Of a DNA stretch of 64,000 nucleotides, positions 50,582-59,498 are shown in pieces; within the stretch, counting starts at the first letter, position 1; each line of letters opens with the position of its first letter. Position numbers and translations under genes: made by a program. Origin of the DNA: Polyangiales bacterium (lineage in GTDB: Bacteria; Myxococcota_A; Polyangia; Polyangiales; JAFGIB01); the NCBI GenBank assembly GCA_036382515.1, contig DASVHQ010000009.1, positions 28,260 to 92,259 of the forward strand, in the 5' to 3' direction. Under the pieces are notes generated by a model. That model saw only the letters and a program-made list of their open reading frames with translations. It was not told the DNA's origin and did no database searches.

Positions 50582-52467
50582 CCTCGCGACTCCGGGTTGT
50601 GCGTGATGTTGCCGCCGACCTGCAAAGCGCTCTGACGGCCGCGGGCGTCTACGAGCTGACGGACCTGTCGACCGCCGTGCAGCGCGACGGCTGCGCCATG
50701 CGCTTGGCGCTTGCGCTGGGCACCATGGATCCAATCGCGCGCGAGACACTTCGCGCCGAAGCGATCCAGACTTTCGCCGAGAGGAAGCTCAAGCGCGGCG
50801 CTAAGTTCGTGGACGGCGCGATCGCCGAAGCCAAGCGGCTGGCGCGCGATTACGCGACGGCGCCGGAGCCGCCTGTGTCACCCGCTGACGCTCGGCCGGA
50901 GATCACCATCGGCGAGTTGCACAAGACAACGGACGCGGCGATCGCCGCGCTCGCCAAGCTGGACGTATACCAGCGCGCCGGGAAGCTTGTGGACGTCATC
51001 CGCGAGGCCCAGACGCAAGACGACGGCGCCGTGGTTCCCGCGGACGTGCCGCGTATCCGGCGGATGCCAAGCGCGCGCCTGAACGAGTGCCTTCACCAGG
51101 CCGCGCGCTGGTAATCGGTCAAGCACGACCGGGACGGAAACGAGTTTCGCAAGCGCGTGTCGGTCCCGGATGATGTGCTTGATGCGATCGCGGCCCGCGG
51201 AGAGTGGGCGCACGTTCGCCCGCTCGAAGGCGTCGTTGCGTGGCCGGTTCTGCGTCCCGATGGCTCGACCTTGAGCACCCCGGGATACGACAAGGCTACG
51301 CGCCTGATCAGCAGCAACGTCGTCAACGCGAGTGTTTCCGACGCGCCGAAGATGGTCGACGTCCAGCAAGCGCTGGCGTTGTTGTACGAGGTGGCGCGGG
51401 ACTTTCCTTTCGCGAGCGACGCGTGTTTGTCCGCTTGGTATGCGCTCCTGCTCACGGTCCCGGCGCGTCACGCAATCAGCGAGCCGGTCCCGCTGGGCCT
51501 CATCGATGGCAACGCGCGCGCGGTCGGGAAGGGTCTGCTCGTGGATCTCATCGGCGAGATCGACATGGGCTTCTCCCTGGCGCGCCGTGCGGTCCCGCAC
51601 GACACCGCCGAGTGGCACAAGTCGATGTTGTCGATCGCGATGGCGGCCGAGCCGGTCGTGCTCTTCGACAACGTGACCCGCACGCTGCGCTCGGAAGTAC
51701 TCGACGCCGTGTTGACCGGGACATCGTTTCAGGGCCGCGCACTCGGAACCAACGAGGAGCCGATGCTCGCCATGCGCACACTCTTCCTGGCGACCTCCAA
51801 CAACGCCACCGTGTCCACCGACCTCGTGCGCCGATCGCTGCATGTGCGACTCGAGACGCGCGACGAACATCCGGAGCAGCGCAGCAACTTCCGCCACCCG
51901 GACCTGCGCGCGTACGTTCGTGCAAATCGTGCGGCGCTACTGTCGGCTGCGCTCACGGTGCTGCGTGGGTACATCGTCGCAGGTCGCCCGGCTGTCGAGC
52001 TTGTGCCGATGGGCAGCTTTGAAGAGTGGTCGGCGCTCGTGCGTGGCGCGCTCGTGTGGGCTGGAATGCCGGACCCCGGGCGCACGCAGGACAGCCTGCG
52101 CGAGATGGGCGACCCGGAGCGGGATGCGCTGTCGGAGCTGCTGACCGCGTGGCGCGCGCACTTCGGTGGGCGGTTTGTCGCAAGCGCGGAAGTGCTCGCC
52201 GCAATCGATCGTGACGCCGCCGTGCTTACTCTTCGGCAGGCCGTCATGACCGCATGCCGCACAGACGGCAAGCCGCCCGACGCCCGTCGGCTCGGCAACA
52301 TCCTGCGCGGCCTTCGCAGCCAGATCGCTGACGGCCTCGTGCTCGAAGCGGGCTCGAAAGGTGAGCGGGGCATGCCGTGGCGTGTTCGTGACACTCGCTT
52401 GTCGGCGGACTCTGCTGACTCCGCTGACTCTGAGAACCGTTCCCCCGCGGGAGAGCTATTTCAGTAA
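50578..52467 (+). pseudogene. phage/plasmid primase-associated SF3 (P4/D5-type) replication NTPase, interrupted by an in-frame TAA
   Basis: ORFs 50578..51114 and 51157..52467 are in the same frame, separated by TAA at 51112-51114. The stop falls inside a conserved-looking stretch (...HQAARW*SVKHDRDGNEF..VSVPDDVLDAIAARGEWAHVRPLEGVVAWPVLRPDGSTLSTPGYD). Walker A-like GNARAVGKGLL and Walker B VVLFDNV. Confidence 0.6.
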
Positions 52468-52510
52468 CAAGATAATGGAAACTACAGTCAGCACAGTCAG
52501 CGGAGTCAGG
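52406..52510. repeat. iteron-like 9-mers forming an inverted repeat around the replication-gene stop
   Basis: gcggactct gctgactcc gctgactct at 52406-52432, and acagtcagc acagtcagc ggagtcagg at 52484-52510. CTGACTCCGCTGACT is present once on each strand (a 15-nt perfect inverted match). Confidence 0.6.
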
Positions 52511-52760
52511 AGTGGGACGCGGGGAAGCTGGACGCGCGGCACCCACGCAGTTGCGCCCGACGCAGGTGGCAGGCTCGCCGCTGTCAGCTGCCCGCCTGCG
52601 GGCGACAGGGAGCTGCAACCGGGCATGTGGGCCTGCGCTGGCCGAGATCAAGCCGGGGGTTAACAGGTTTTGGCGAAAAATGGCCGTACGCCCATCACAG
52701 TGAACTCCGGAAATCCCGCGCAAGAAAAGTCGGCGTACACCCCAATCTGAGCCAGACACG

Positions 52761-53033
52761 ATGACGAGAATTTCCCACAAAAAGAAGGATCCGAAGCGCA
52801 CTGCGTACACCGCTCCGGAGGTGTACGCAGTCCCGGCTGACAGACCGTTGGCGGCGGACACTCGAGCGGACAGCGCCGCGGACAGCGCGACGCCGGCACA
52901 CACGCCAGCGTTCGATCGGGCGATGGGTGACCGCATCGTGCGCGCGCTCGAGTCGCAATCGGAAGCGCAGCGGCAGCAGGTGCAAGAGCTGCGAGCGCTC
53001 CGGGAGGCGGTACGCGACGCCGGTAGGCGATGA
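52761..53033 (+). CDS. small island protein (90 aa), C-terminal coiled-coil-like
   Basis: The ORF has an ATGA overlap to the next gene. No family recognised. Confidence 0.3.
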   Translation: MTRISHKKKDPKRTAYTAPEVYAVPADRPLAADTRADSAADSATPAHTPAFDRAMGDRIVRALESQSEAQRQQVQELRALREAVRDAGRR

Positions 53034-53290
53034 GCGCAGCCGCACGCTTGGCGCTGCTCGCGGTGCTGCAGCGCACAACGGCGCGCGAGGTGGCGCTTCG
53101 CTGCCGCGTGACACGTAGCTGCGTGAGCTCGTGGGGCAGCGGCAAGTCCGTGCCCTCGCCGCGCGCACAGGTCGCGCTGTCCGACATCTACGGGATTGAT
53201 CCGCGCGGCTGGCTGCCGAAATCGCCGTACCGGGCCAAGTTCGGCACCGCTACTGCTTGCGCTTCGCTGCGATCGCCGCTCGTGCCTTGA
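53030..53290 (+). CDS. putative HTH (Cro/CI-like) DNA-binding protein
   Basis: TAREVALRCRVTRSCVSSWGSGKSVPS resembles the XRE-type helix-turn-helix plus the 'W..G...P' tail. Confidence 0.4.
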   Translation: MSAAARLALLAVLQRTTAREVALRCRVTRSCVSSWGSGKSVPSPRAQVALSDIYGIDPRGWLPKSPYRAKFGTATACASLRSPLVP

Positions 53291-53885
53291 CACAAGATGG
53301 CCGTTCGTCGCCGTAGCACAGCAGCTCGATCCGAAAAGCGGTACGGGCGAGCGCACCTTGTTCGGGCTCGACCAGTGACATGCGCTCGGCGGCATCGAGC
53401 GCCGCGCACGCATCGTCATCGTTCGCTCGGTCCTGGTACGCGCGCAAAACGGGCTCAGCTTGACCGTCACTCACGATCTCGGCCGTGAGCCTCTTGGGGC
53501 GACCGACCCTTGTGTCGCAGACGAAGCTGTTGGGATCGTCGAGCTTGCGGATCGCTATCTCCAGCTCCGACAAGAATCGGCAGTGCACACCAAACCATTC
53601 AGCCGCGTTCGCTGCAGCTTTGTACGCCTGCTGCGCTGCGTCGAATGCCGCGAGCGCCTGCCTCGCGTCGGCGAGTCGATCCGGAAACGACGCTCGACAC
53701 TGATCAGCAAGCTCCGCAGCGCGCGCGGCGACAAACGCGGTCCGGCGGTGCTCCTGCACAGTGCGAATCCGGGAGAACTCCGCTTCGGCTTTCTGATCGA
53801 ACGTGCTGCGCGCGCGCGGCGCGTCGTCAGCGAATGCTGTTGGCACAACCACGGCGAACACGAAGAGCAGGACGGCGTTGCGCAT
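53250..53885 (-). CDS. secreted island protein
   Basis: Signal peptide MRNAVLLFVFAVVVPTAFA. 211 aa, helical, with four Cys. No family recognised. Confidence 0.45.
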   Translation of the reverse strand: MRNAVLLFVFAVVVPTAFADDAPRARSTFDQKAEAEFSRIRTVQEHRRTAFVAARAAELADQCRASFPDRLADARQALAAFDAAQQAYKAAANAAEWFGVHCRFLSELEIAIRKLDDPNSFVCDTRVGRPKRLTAEIVSDGQAEPVLRAYQDRANDDDACAALDAAERMSLVEPEQGALARTAFRIELLCYGDERPSCVKARAAIAAKRKQ

Positions 53886-54204
53886 GTGATCTCCCCACGT
53901 GATCGAGTCGAGACACCAGGCATACCAGAGGCGGGAGACGCGCTAACTGCGCCCAGCCTCTCAGCGTCCGAGTGTCACCCGCCGCGCCTGCCCTTCCCTC
54001 GCGTTGGGTGATCCAATGCGCGTGGCGTGCGGCTTCGCCGATGCGCCGAGGCTCAGCCGGAATCGGCCGCACGCCGCCGGCCGGGCTGTCCTGGCTGGCG
54101 GCCGTGCGAGCGCGGCGATAGCTTGGGTGTTTCACCTTCGCCCAGGAGCACAAGCCGATGCGGGTGCGTGACGCGGCCGGCGTTGGACCGCGCCCTGATC
54201 GCAG

Positions 54205-54603
54205 CTACCCAAGTGCGACAGGATCACCACCCATGGCTCGGGCGATGTGCTCGACCAGCGCGCCCCTTGTCATCGATCCATCCGCGACGGCAACCATGAT
54301 CTCGACCCACTCCGCGCTGAGCGTGACGTCGTAGCCGTTCGCCGCCAGGAACTTGAGCATCACGAGTGTGGCTGTGCGCTTGTTGCCGTCCTGGTAGCCG
54401 TGATTCTTCGCGAGGCCGTGCGCGTAGACCGCGGCCAGCTCGGCGAGGCTTGTGTAGTACCCGGCGCGCGGCGCCATGGTCGCCGACTCGATCAAGCCGC
54501 GAGTCAGCACGGCGGCCGACCCGCCGCCAAGCGCGAGCGCGGCATCGTGCGCCGCGTCCACGTCCTCCACTTCCAGGAAAACGACGTCGTCGAACGCAAG
54601 CAA
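54205..54603 (-). CDS. doc: Doc (death-on-curing) Fic-fold toxin
   Basis: Fic/Doc motif HGLAKNHGYQDGNKRTA. 132 aa. Confidence 0.85.
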   Translation of the reverse strand: MLAFDDVVFLEVEDVDAAHDAALALGGGSAAVLTRGLIESATMAPRAGYYTSLAELAAVYAHGLAKNHGYQDGNKRTATLVMLKFLAANGYDVTLSAEWVEIMVAVADGSMTRGALVEHIARAMGGDPVALG

Positions 54604-54607
54604 GGCG

Positions 54608-54769
54608 TTACCGCTTGGCCAGCTCGGTCAGCACTTTGCGATTGGCTTCGTTCGCGAGCACACGGCGCTGCGCTTCGTCGAGCGCGCGCTTTTGTCGCAC
54701 GCGCTTGTCCGCCTGCGTTTCCGCAGGAGCGTCGCGTGTGAGCGCCGGAGCTGTCGAAGCTTTCGCCAT
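54608..54769 (-). CDS. putative antitoxin for Doc (53 aa)
   Basis: Trimmed to MAKASTAPAL. Lies 4 nt upstream of doc. Small and charged (KRVRQKRALDEAQRRVLANE). Called by position only. Confidence 0.5.
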   Translation of the reverse strand: MAKASTAPALTRDAPAETQADKRVRQKRALDEAQRRVLANEANRKVLTELAKR

Positions 54770-55124
54770 GGGGTCAGCATGCCACAGGCTGCATTCCAAA
54801 GCACCCCGGCGACCGCTGCTGCTGACGGCGGCATGCGTGGCGCGCCGCCGACGACCCGTGGTCGCTTCGTGGCGTTGCTACCTATGCGTTACCTGGAGAT
54901 CACACCGATTTGCCAAGCACGCGCAATCACAGCGCAAATCGCCGAAACTCACATGATACTTGGTCATGAAGCGTCGAAAGTGGGGGCCCGTGCTGGGGGC
55001 TTGTTGAGACGCAATACAACGCTCGTTGACGCGAAACGCAGCGTTTCGGCCCGGTTTCTACGCGAGCGAGCCAGGACATACGTCCCGGCGCGGGCCGCGC
55101 AACACGCGCGACCCCTTGGGCAGA

Positions 55125-55979
55125 TCACTCGGGGATCTGCTTCAACTTCATCTGCACGTCGCTCGACCAGTGGTTCTTGAACGCGCGAACACAGGTGTCG
55201 AGGTAGCGCTCGTAGTCTTGATAGACCTGATCGCCCCACTGCTTGCGGATCGCCGGCTCATGCTCACGCATGCGGCGCAGCCACTCGCCCGTGGTCTTGC
55301 CGTAGCTCTCGCGCTGAGTGCGCAGTTCGACCACTTCCCAGTACGGGTTGACGGCCGCGACCAGTTCTTCCAGCCGCGGATTGAGGCCGCCCGGAAAGAT
55401 CACGTCGGCCGTGAACGCGAAGTCTTCGATGTCCTTGCGATTGCGCGGCATGCGGTTGCGCAAGATCGCCTGAAAGCCAAAGCTCGCGCCGGGCTTCACC
55501 CAGCCGTGCAGCTTCCGGAAGTAGTTGCGATAGAGCTCGATGGCCTTGCCCTCGCGCGCCTGTGCGGGCGAGCAGAGGTGGTCGATCATCTCGATCGACT
55601 GCAGCGCGTCGTACTTCTCGGCGGGCTCGTAGTCTTTGTAGTCGATGACCTTGACCCACACGCCCGGCAGCTTGCGCGCGTGGATCTCCTCGGACTGCGC
55701 CGTGGAGAGCGTGATGCCGTGGATGCGCTTGACGCCCTGCGACACCAGGTACTCCACGTTCGCGCCCCACCCGCAACCGATGTCGAGCACCAGTTTGTCG
55801 GGCGTGATCTCCGCGTAGTCGTGGAGGATCTTGCACTTGTTGATCTGTGCCTCTTCGAGTGACTCAGAGCTCTCGAGGTAGCTCGCACTGGTGTAGTGCA
55901 TCCGGTCATCCAGCCAGAGCCGGAAGAACTCGTTGGAGACGTCGTAGGAAACTTCGATTTCGCGCTGGGTCGAGGTCAT
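55125..55979 (-). CDS. cyclopropane-fatty-acyl-phospholipid synthase-family SAM methyltransferase
   Basis: Trimmed to MTSTQREIEVSYDVSNEFFRLWLDDRMHYTSA (CMAS N-motif HYD.SN.FY..wLD..M.YS). VLDIGCGWG motif I. Confidence 0.8.
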   Translation of the reverse strand: MTSTQREIEVSYDVSNEFFRLWLDDRMHYTSASYLESSESLEEAQINKCKILHDYAEITPDKLVLDIGCGWGANVEYLVSQGVKRIHGITLSTAQSEEIHARKLPGVWVKVIDYKDYEPAEKYDALQSIEMIDHLCSPAQAREGKAIELYRNYFRKLHGWVKPGASFGFQAILRNRMPRNRKDIEDFAFTADVIFPGGLNPRLEELVAAVNPYWEVVELRTQRESYGKTTGEWLRRMREHEPAIRKQWGDQVYQDYERYLDTCVRAFKNHWSSDVQMKLKQIPE

Positions 55980-56095
55980 GGCGAGCGGGAGAATGACAAG
56001 AAAAAGGCCCGTGTTCCAGGGGGAAACGTAGGCCAATCTGGACAACGCGAAAGGGAAGCGCTACACGACTGCGCCCACTCCTAGAGGGGGTTGTT

Positions 56096-56170
56096 GGTGC
56101 CGTAGCCAAGCGGTTAGGCAATGGTTTGCAAAACCATCACACACCGGTTCGAATCCGGTCGGCACCTCCA
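56096..56170 (+). tRNA. tRNA-Cys (anticodon GCA), CCA encoded
   Basis: Hand-folded. 7-bp acceptor stem GGTGCCG/CGGCACC. Anticodon stem ATGGT/ACCAT with loop TTGCAAA. T-arm ACCGG-TTCGAAT-CCGGT. Discriminator T followed by CCA. Confidence 0.9.
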
Positions 56171-56320
56171 CATCGGTGATTCGCTCGGGCGGCACTTTTG
56201 CTGCGGTTTCGGCTACTTGTCGCGCTCGGGTGGTCGCGTTGCCCGAGCTTGTCGCAGCGCCTAGTATCGGTGCCCGCTGCGGCTGCCTGGCACTGCCCAC
56301 CGCCCGCGCGGCGGACTTCG

Positions 56321-59300
56321 ATGTTGCGCTTTCGTCTTCTAGCGATCTCCGTCGGCATCTGGCTGGGTGCGCTCGCGGGCGTGGCCACCGCGCTGTCGGA
56401 CTTCGGCGCGCACTGGCTCTTCATGGAGTCGTGGGGCGATCGGGGCTGGCTGCTGCTGCGCCTGCTCTCGACGCAGCCACCCGTGGGCGGGGCGTTGGGC
56501 GCCGCGGTTGGCATGTGGATCGCGCTGTGCGCACCGGCCGCCGCGGGCTGGGCGATCCGGATCGCCGGAAGCGGGCCCCACTATGTGCGGGCGCAACGCG
56601 GGGTCTACGCGCTGATCTGCACCTCGCTCCTACTGCCGGGCGTGCTGGCCGTGGCGCGCCTGCTCTTCACCGGTGGCCACATGGCGCGCGTCGCTGGGCG
56701 CGAGCTCTTGCAGCCCACAGCAGCCCTGCTGCTGACGGCGGCGCTGCTGGTCATGCTCTATGGCGCTCAGTGGCTGTTTACGAACGCCCGGCACGCCGAG
56801 CCACGGTCCGCACGCCACTTGCTCGCCGTGCTCGCAGCCGTGGGCTTCGCGACGGCCAAGCTCAACCAGCTGACGCTGCCGAACCTGTACGACTACCTGC
56901 ATGCGGTGCTTAGCACGCTCGCGGCCGGCGCCTGGGCGCTGGCTGCGGCGGTGATCCTGGCGCGGGCGCTCGACCGTGGGCGCTTCCCGCCCGCCGCACG
57001 CATGTCTGGCCTTGGCCTCGGGGCGCTGCTCGGCCTCGGCGGCTACGCGACCCTCACGACCCTCGACCAGAATCAGAACGTGCGCGTGGCGCTGCTCAAT
57101 TCGAACATGCCGCACTCGCGCGCGCTGTTCATGGGGATTGCGCCGCTCTTGCCGAAGATCGACGCACGTAGCGCAGAGCTCTCGCGCCTGCGCGCCGCCC
57201 GAGCCCGAATCCGGCGCGCACAGCATGGGCCCGCGGCCGAGCTGCCGGCGCTCGAGGGTGCGCACGTGCTGCTCATCACCGTCGACGCGCTGCGCGCCGA
57301 TCACCTGGGCAGCTACGGCTACAAGCGCCACGTAAGCGATGAGCTGGATGCGCTCGCTTCACGCGCCGTGGTCTTCGAGCATGCCTACGCACAGGCGCCC
57401 CACTCCAGCTATTCGCTCTGCTCGCTGATGACCTCCGAGTACCTGCACGAGACCCTGGAGCTCGGACAGCTGCCACCCACAGCGACGCTGCCACGCGTGC
57501 TGAGCGCAGTCGGCTATCACACCGCTGCGTTCTACACGCAGGGCATCTTCCATACGGCTGGCGAGAAGCTATCCAACTACGAAGACGATGCTTTCGGCTT
57601 CGCGCTGCACGAGCACCAGGATCGGCCCGCCGAGGAGATGACCGACCGCGTCTTGCAGGAAGTGGATCGCACGCGGGCGCGCGGCGAGCCCAGCAGCCTA
57701 TTCTGGGTGCATTACTTCGACGTCCACGAGCCCTACGAAGCGACCACGCTCGGCCACTCGGACATGGACCGCTACGACAGCGAGCTACTCGCCACCGATC
57801 GAGCGATCGGTCGGCTGGTGCGCGAGACACAGCGGCGCTTGAAGAAGGACGTGGTCGTGTTGATCACGGCGGATCACGGCGAGGAGTTCCACGAGCACGG
57901 CGGCGTCTACCACGGCTCGTCGCTCTACGAGGAGCAGGTGCACGTGCCGCTCTTGCTGCTCGCCACGGGCATGATGCCGGTGCGCGTGGCGACACCGGTG
58001 GAGAGCATCGACATCGCCCCGACCCTACTGGGCATCGTGGGCGTCGACGTGCCGACGAGCATGCGCGGCGCGGACCTCCGGAGCCTTGCGTTCGGACGCA
58101 GCAGCGACCGAGGGCCCGTGTTCTCCGCGGTGATCCACAAGAAGATGGTGGTGCGCTGGCCGTACAAGCTGATCGCCGATCTGCGTTTCGGGCTCTTCGA
58201 GCTGTACGATCTGCAAGCCGATCCGCGTGAGCGCGACAATCTCGCCGACCGCGATCCGGCGCTGCTGTCCACGCTGCGTGGAGAGGTCTACGCCTGGACG
58301 GAGTCGTTGACCCCCGCTGACCAGCCGCAGCTGCGCGAGCCGAGCCTGCTCGCGCTCGAGTGGGGTCGGCTCGGTGATCGCCGCGCCGTGCAGCCGCTCT
58401 GCCGCTTGGCGCTCGACGAGAACGCAAACACCGCGCAGCGCGCGGAGGCAGCGCGCCTCTTGGGCAAGCTCGCCGATGACAGCGCTGCGGATGGGTTGCT
58501 CGCAGCGACGCACGCAGCCAACCGCTGGGTCGCGGCAGAAGCCGCGATCGCGCTGGGTCGGCTGTTCGACGCGCGCGCCGCGCCCCTCTTGCGCAAGCTC
58601 GTGGTCGCCGAGGACCCTGGCATCCGCAGTCGCGCGGGGATCTCGCTCGGAAGACTGCGCGACCAACGCGCCGTGCCTGCGCTGATCGACGCGCTGTGGG
58701 TGGCGCCCAGTGGCTACGAGCGCGAAGAAGCGGTGCGCTGGCTGGGACGTCTACGTGACAGCCGCGCGCTCGATCCCTTGATCGACATGCTCGCCGACGC
58801 GCACACGCGACATCTGGTCGTGCTCGCGCTCGGCGAGCTTGGCGATGCGCGTGCGTTCGCACCGCTGTCGCAGGTGCTCAGCCTCGACCGCAACGTCAAC
58901 GTCCGCGATGGCGTCGTGCGTGGCCTGGGCGCCCTTGGCGACGCACGCGGCATCGACTTGATCCTGCGGCTGGCCGGCGACGACCCGGGCCTGCGCAACA
59001 CCGGCGAATCGTTGGTGCGTTTGCATGCGATCGAACGGCGCGCCATCGGCGGTGCGGATCTGACCCAAGGCCATGCTGCTTCGGACGGCTTCGGAGCATG
59101 CTACGTCGGTCCGTTGCGCCACGATTGGGACTACCTGCACCGCACCTCCTGCACCACGGCGCAGCCGCTGGTCTCGCTGCGTCTGTCGGTACCGCCGCGC
59201 GTGCGCGCAGCGAGCTTCGGCGCCACCGCGCTGCTGAGCATCAAGCGCCTCGATGCCGTGCAGCCGGCGGAGGTCACAGTGTCGATCGGAGGTCAGACGC

Positions 59301-59485
59301 TGTCACCGGTGCGCATCGATGGGGCCTGGGCCGAGTATCGCTGGCCCGTGGCGGCTCCGCTGCTCGTCGGCGAGAGTGTGGAGGCGCAGCTGCGCACGAC
59401 GCAGCCCGAAGCCCGCTTCGAGGTCGACCATCTCTTGCTGCTGCCGCGCGCCGTATCGCAACCGCTCGCCGCACGCAGCCCGTAG
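56321..59485 (+). CDS. multi-TM sulfatase/alkaline-phosphatase-superfamily protein fused to C-terminal HEAT (PBS-lyase-type) repeats
   Basis: ATG 56321 (the ORF track starts at 56198). About 8 hydrophobic segments, then LLITVDALRADHLGSYGY...ITADHGEEF. The C-terminal third contains repeats of the type A..ALG.L.D.RA...L. Confidence 0.75.
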   Translation: MLRFRLLAISVGIWLGALAGVATALSDFGAHWLFMESWGDRGWLLLRLLSTQPPVGGALGAAVGMWIALCAPAAAGWAIRIAGSGPHYVRAQRGVYALICTSLLLPGVLAVARLLFTGGHMARVAGRELLQPTAALLLTAALLVMLYGAQWLFTNARHAEPRSARHLLAVLAAVGFATAKLNQLTLPNLYDYLHAVLSTLAAGAWALAAAVILARALDRGRFPPAARMSGLGLGALLGLGGYATLTTLDQNQNVRVALLNSNMPHSRALFMGIAPLLPKIDARSAELSRLRAARARIRRAQHGPAAELPALEGAHVLLITVDALRADHLGSYGYKRHVSDELDALASRAVVFEHAYAQAPHSSYSLCSLMTSEYLHETLELGQLPPTATLPRVLSAVGYHTAAFYTQGIFHTAGEKLSNYEDDAFGFALHEHQDRPAEEMTDRVLQEVDRTRARGEPSSLFWVHYFDVHEPYEATTLGHSDMDRYDSELLATDRAIGRLVRETQRRLKKDVVVLITADHGEEFHEHGGVYHGSSLYEEQVHVPLLLLATGMMPVRVATPVESIDIAPTLLGIVGVDVPTSMRGADLRSLAFGRSSDRGPVFSAVIHKKMVVRWPYKLIADLRFGLFELYDLQADPRERDNLADRDPALLSTLRGEVYAWTESLTPADQPQLREPSLLALEWGRLGDRRAVQPLCRLALDENANTAQRAEAARLLGKLADDSAADGLLAATHAANRWVAAEAAIALGRLFDARAAPLLRKLVVAEDPGIRSRAGISLGRLRDQRAVPALIDALWVAPSGYEREEAVRWLGRLRDSRALDPLIDMLADAHTRHLVVLALGELGDARAFAPLSQVLSLDRNVNVRDGVVRGLGALGDARGIDLILRLAGDDPGLRNTGESLVRLHAIERRAIGGADLTQGHAASDGFGACYVGPLRHDWDYLHRTSCTTAQPLVSLRLSVPPRVRAASFGATALLSIKRLDAVQPAEVTVSIGGQTLSPVRIDGAWAEYRWPVAAPLLVGESVEAQLRTTQPEARFEVDHLLLLPRAVSQPLAARSP

Positions 59486-59498
59486 GCGCGCGCGGCGC

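Larger units (their letters stand above)
47884..54898. mobile_element. roughly 7 kb integrative, P4/PICI-like element (integrase, AlpA-like Xis, SF3-type replication protein, HTH, Doc TA cargo)
   Basis: The gene content is listed below. The limits are set provisionally by an imperfect direct repeat TGCTACCTA-N7-CCTGGA at 47884-47905 and 54876-54897. The flanks are housekeeping (acnA) and a CFA-synthase-like gene. Confidence 0.5.

Noticed and set aside
54800-55124. 325-bp non-coding gap with small inverted repeats (GATTTGC...GCAAATC; CGAAACGC-agc-GCGTTTCG), examined for an sRNA or att core
   Set aside because: The stems are short. One plausibly terminates the CFA-synthase-like gene. There is no conserved RNA signature I can recognise without covariance models.
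56096-56170. tRNA-Cys as the integration site of the 47.9-54.9 kb element
   Set aside because: The element lies on the 5' side of the tRNA, with a CFA-synthase-like gene in between. I found no partial tRNA copy near the integrase, and the DNA 3' of the tRNA is an ordinary sulfatase-like gene.
56198-56344. Duplicate N-terminus: LLRFRLLV (from TTG 56198) and MLRFRLLA (ATG 56321) in the same frame, with about 17/24 nt identity
   Set aside because: The match is too short and diverged to distinguish an old 5' duplication from chance. I chose ATG 56321 as the start because the hydrophobic membrane domain follows it directly.
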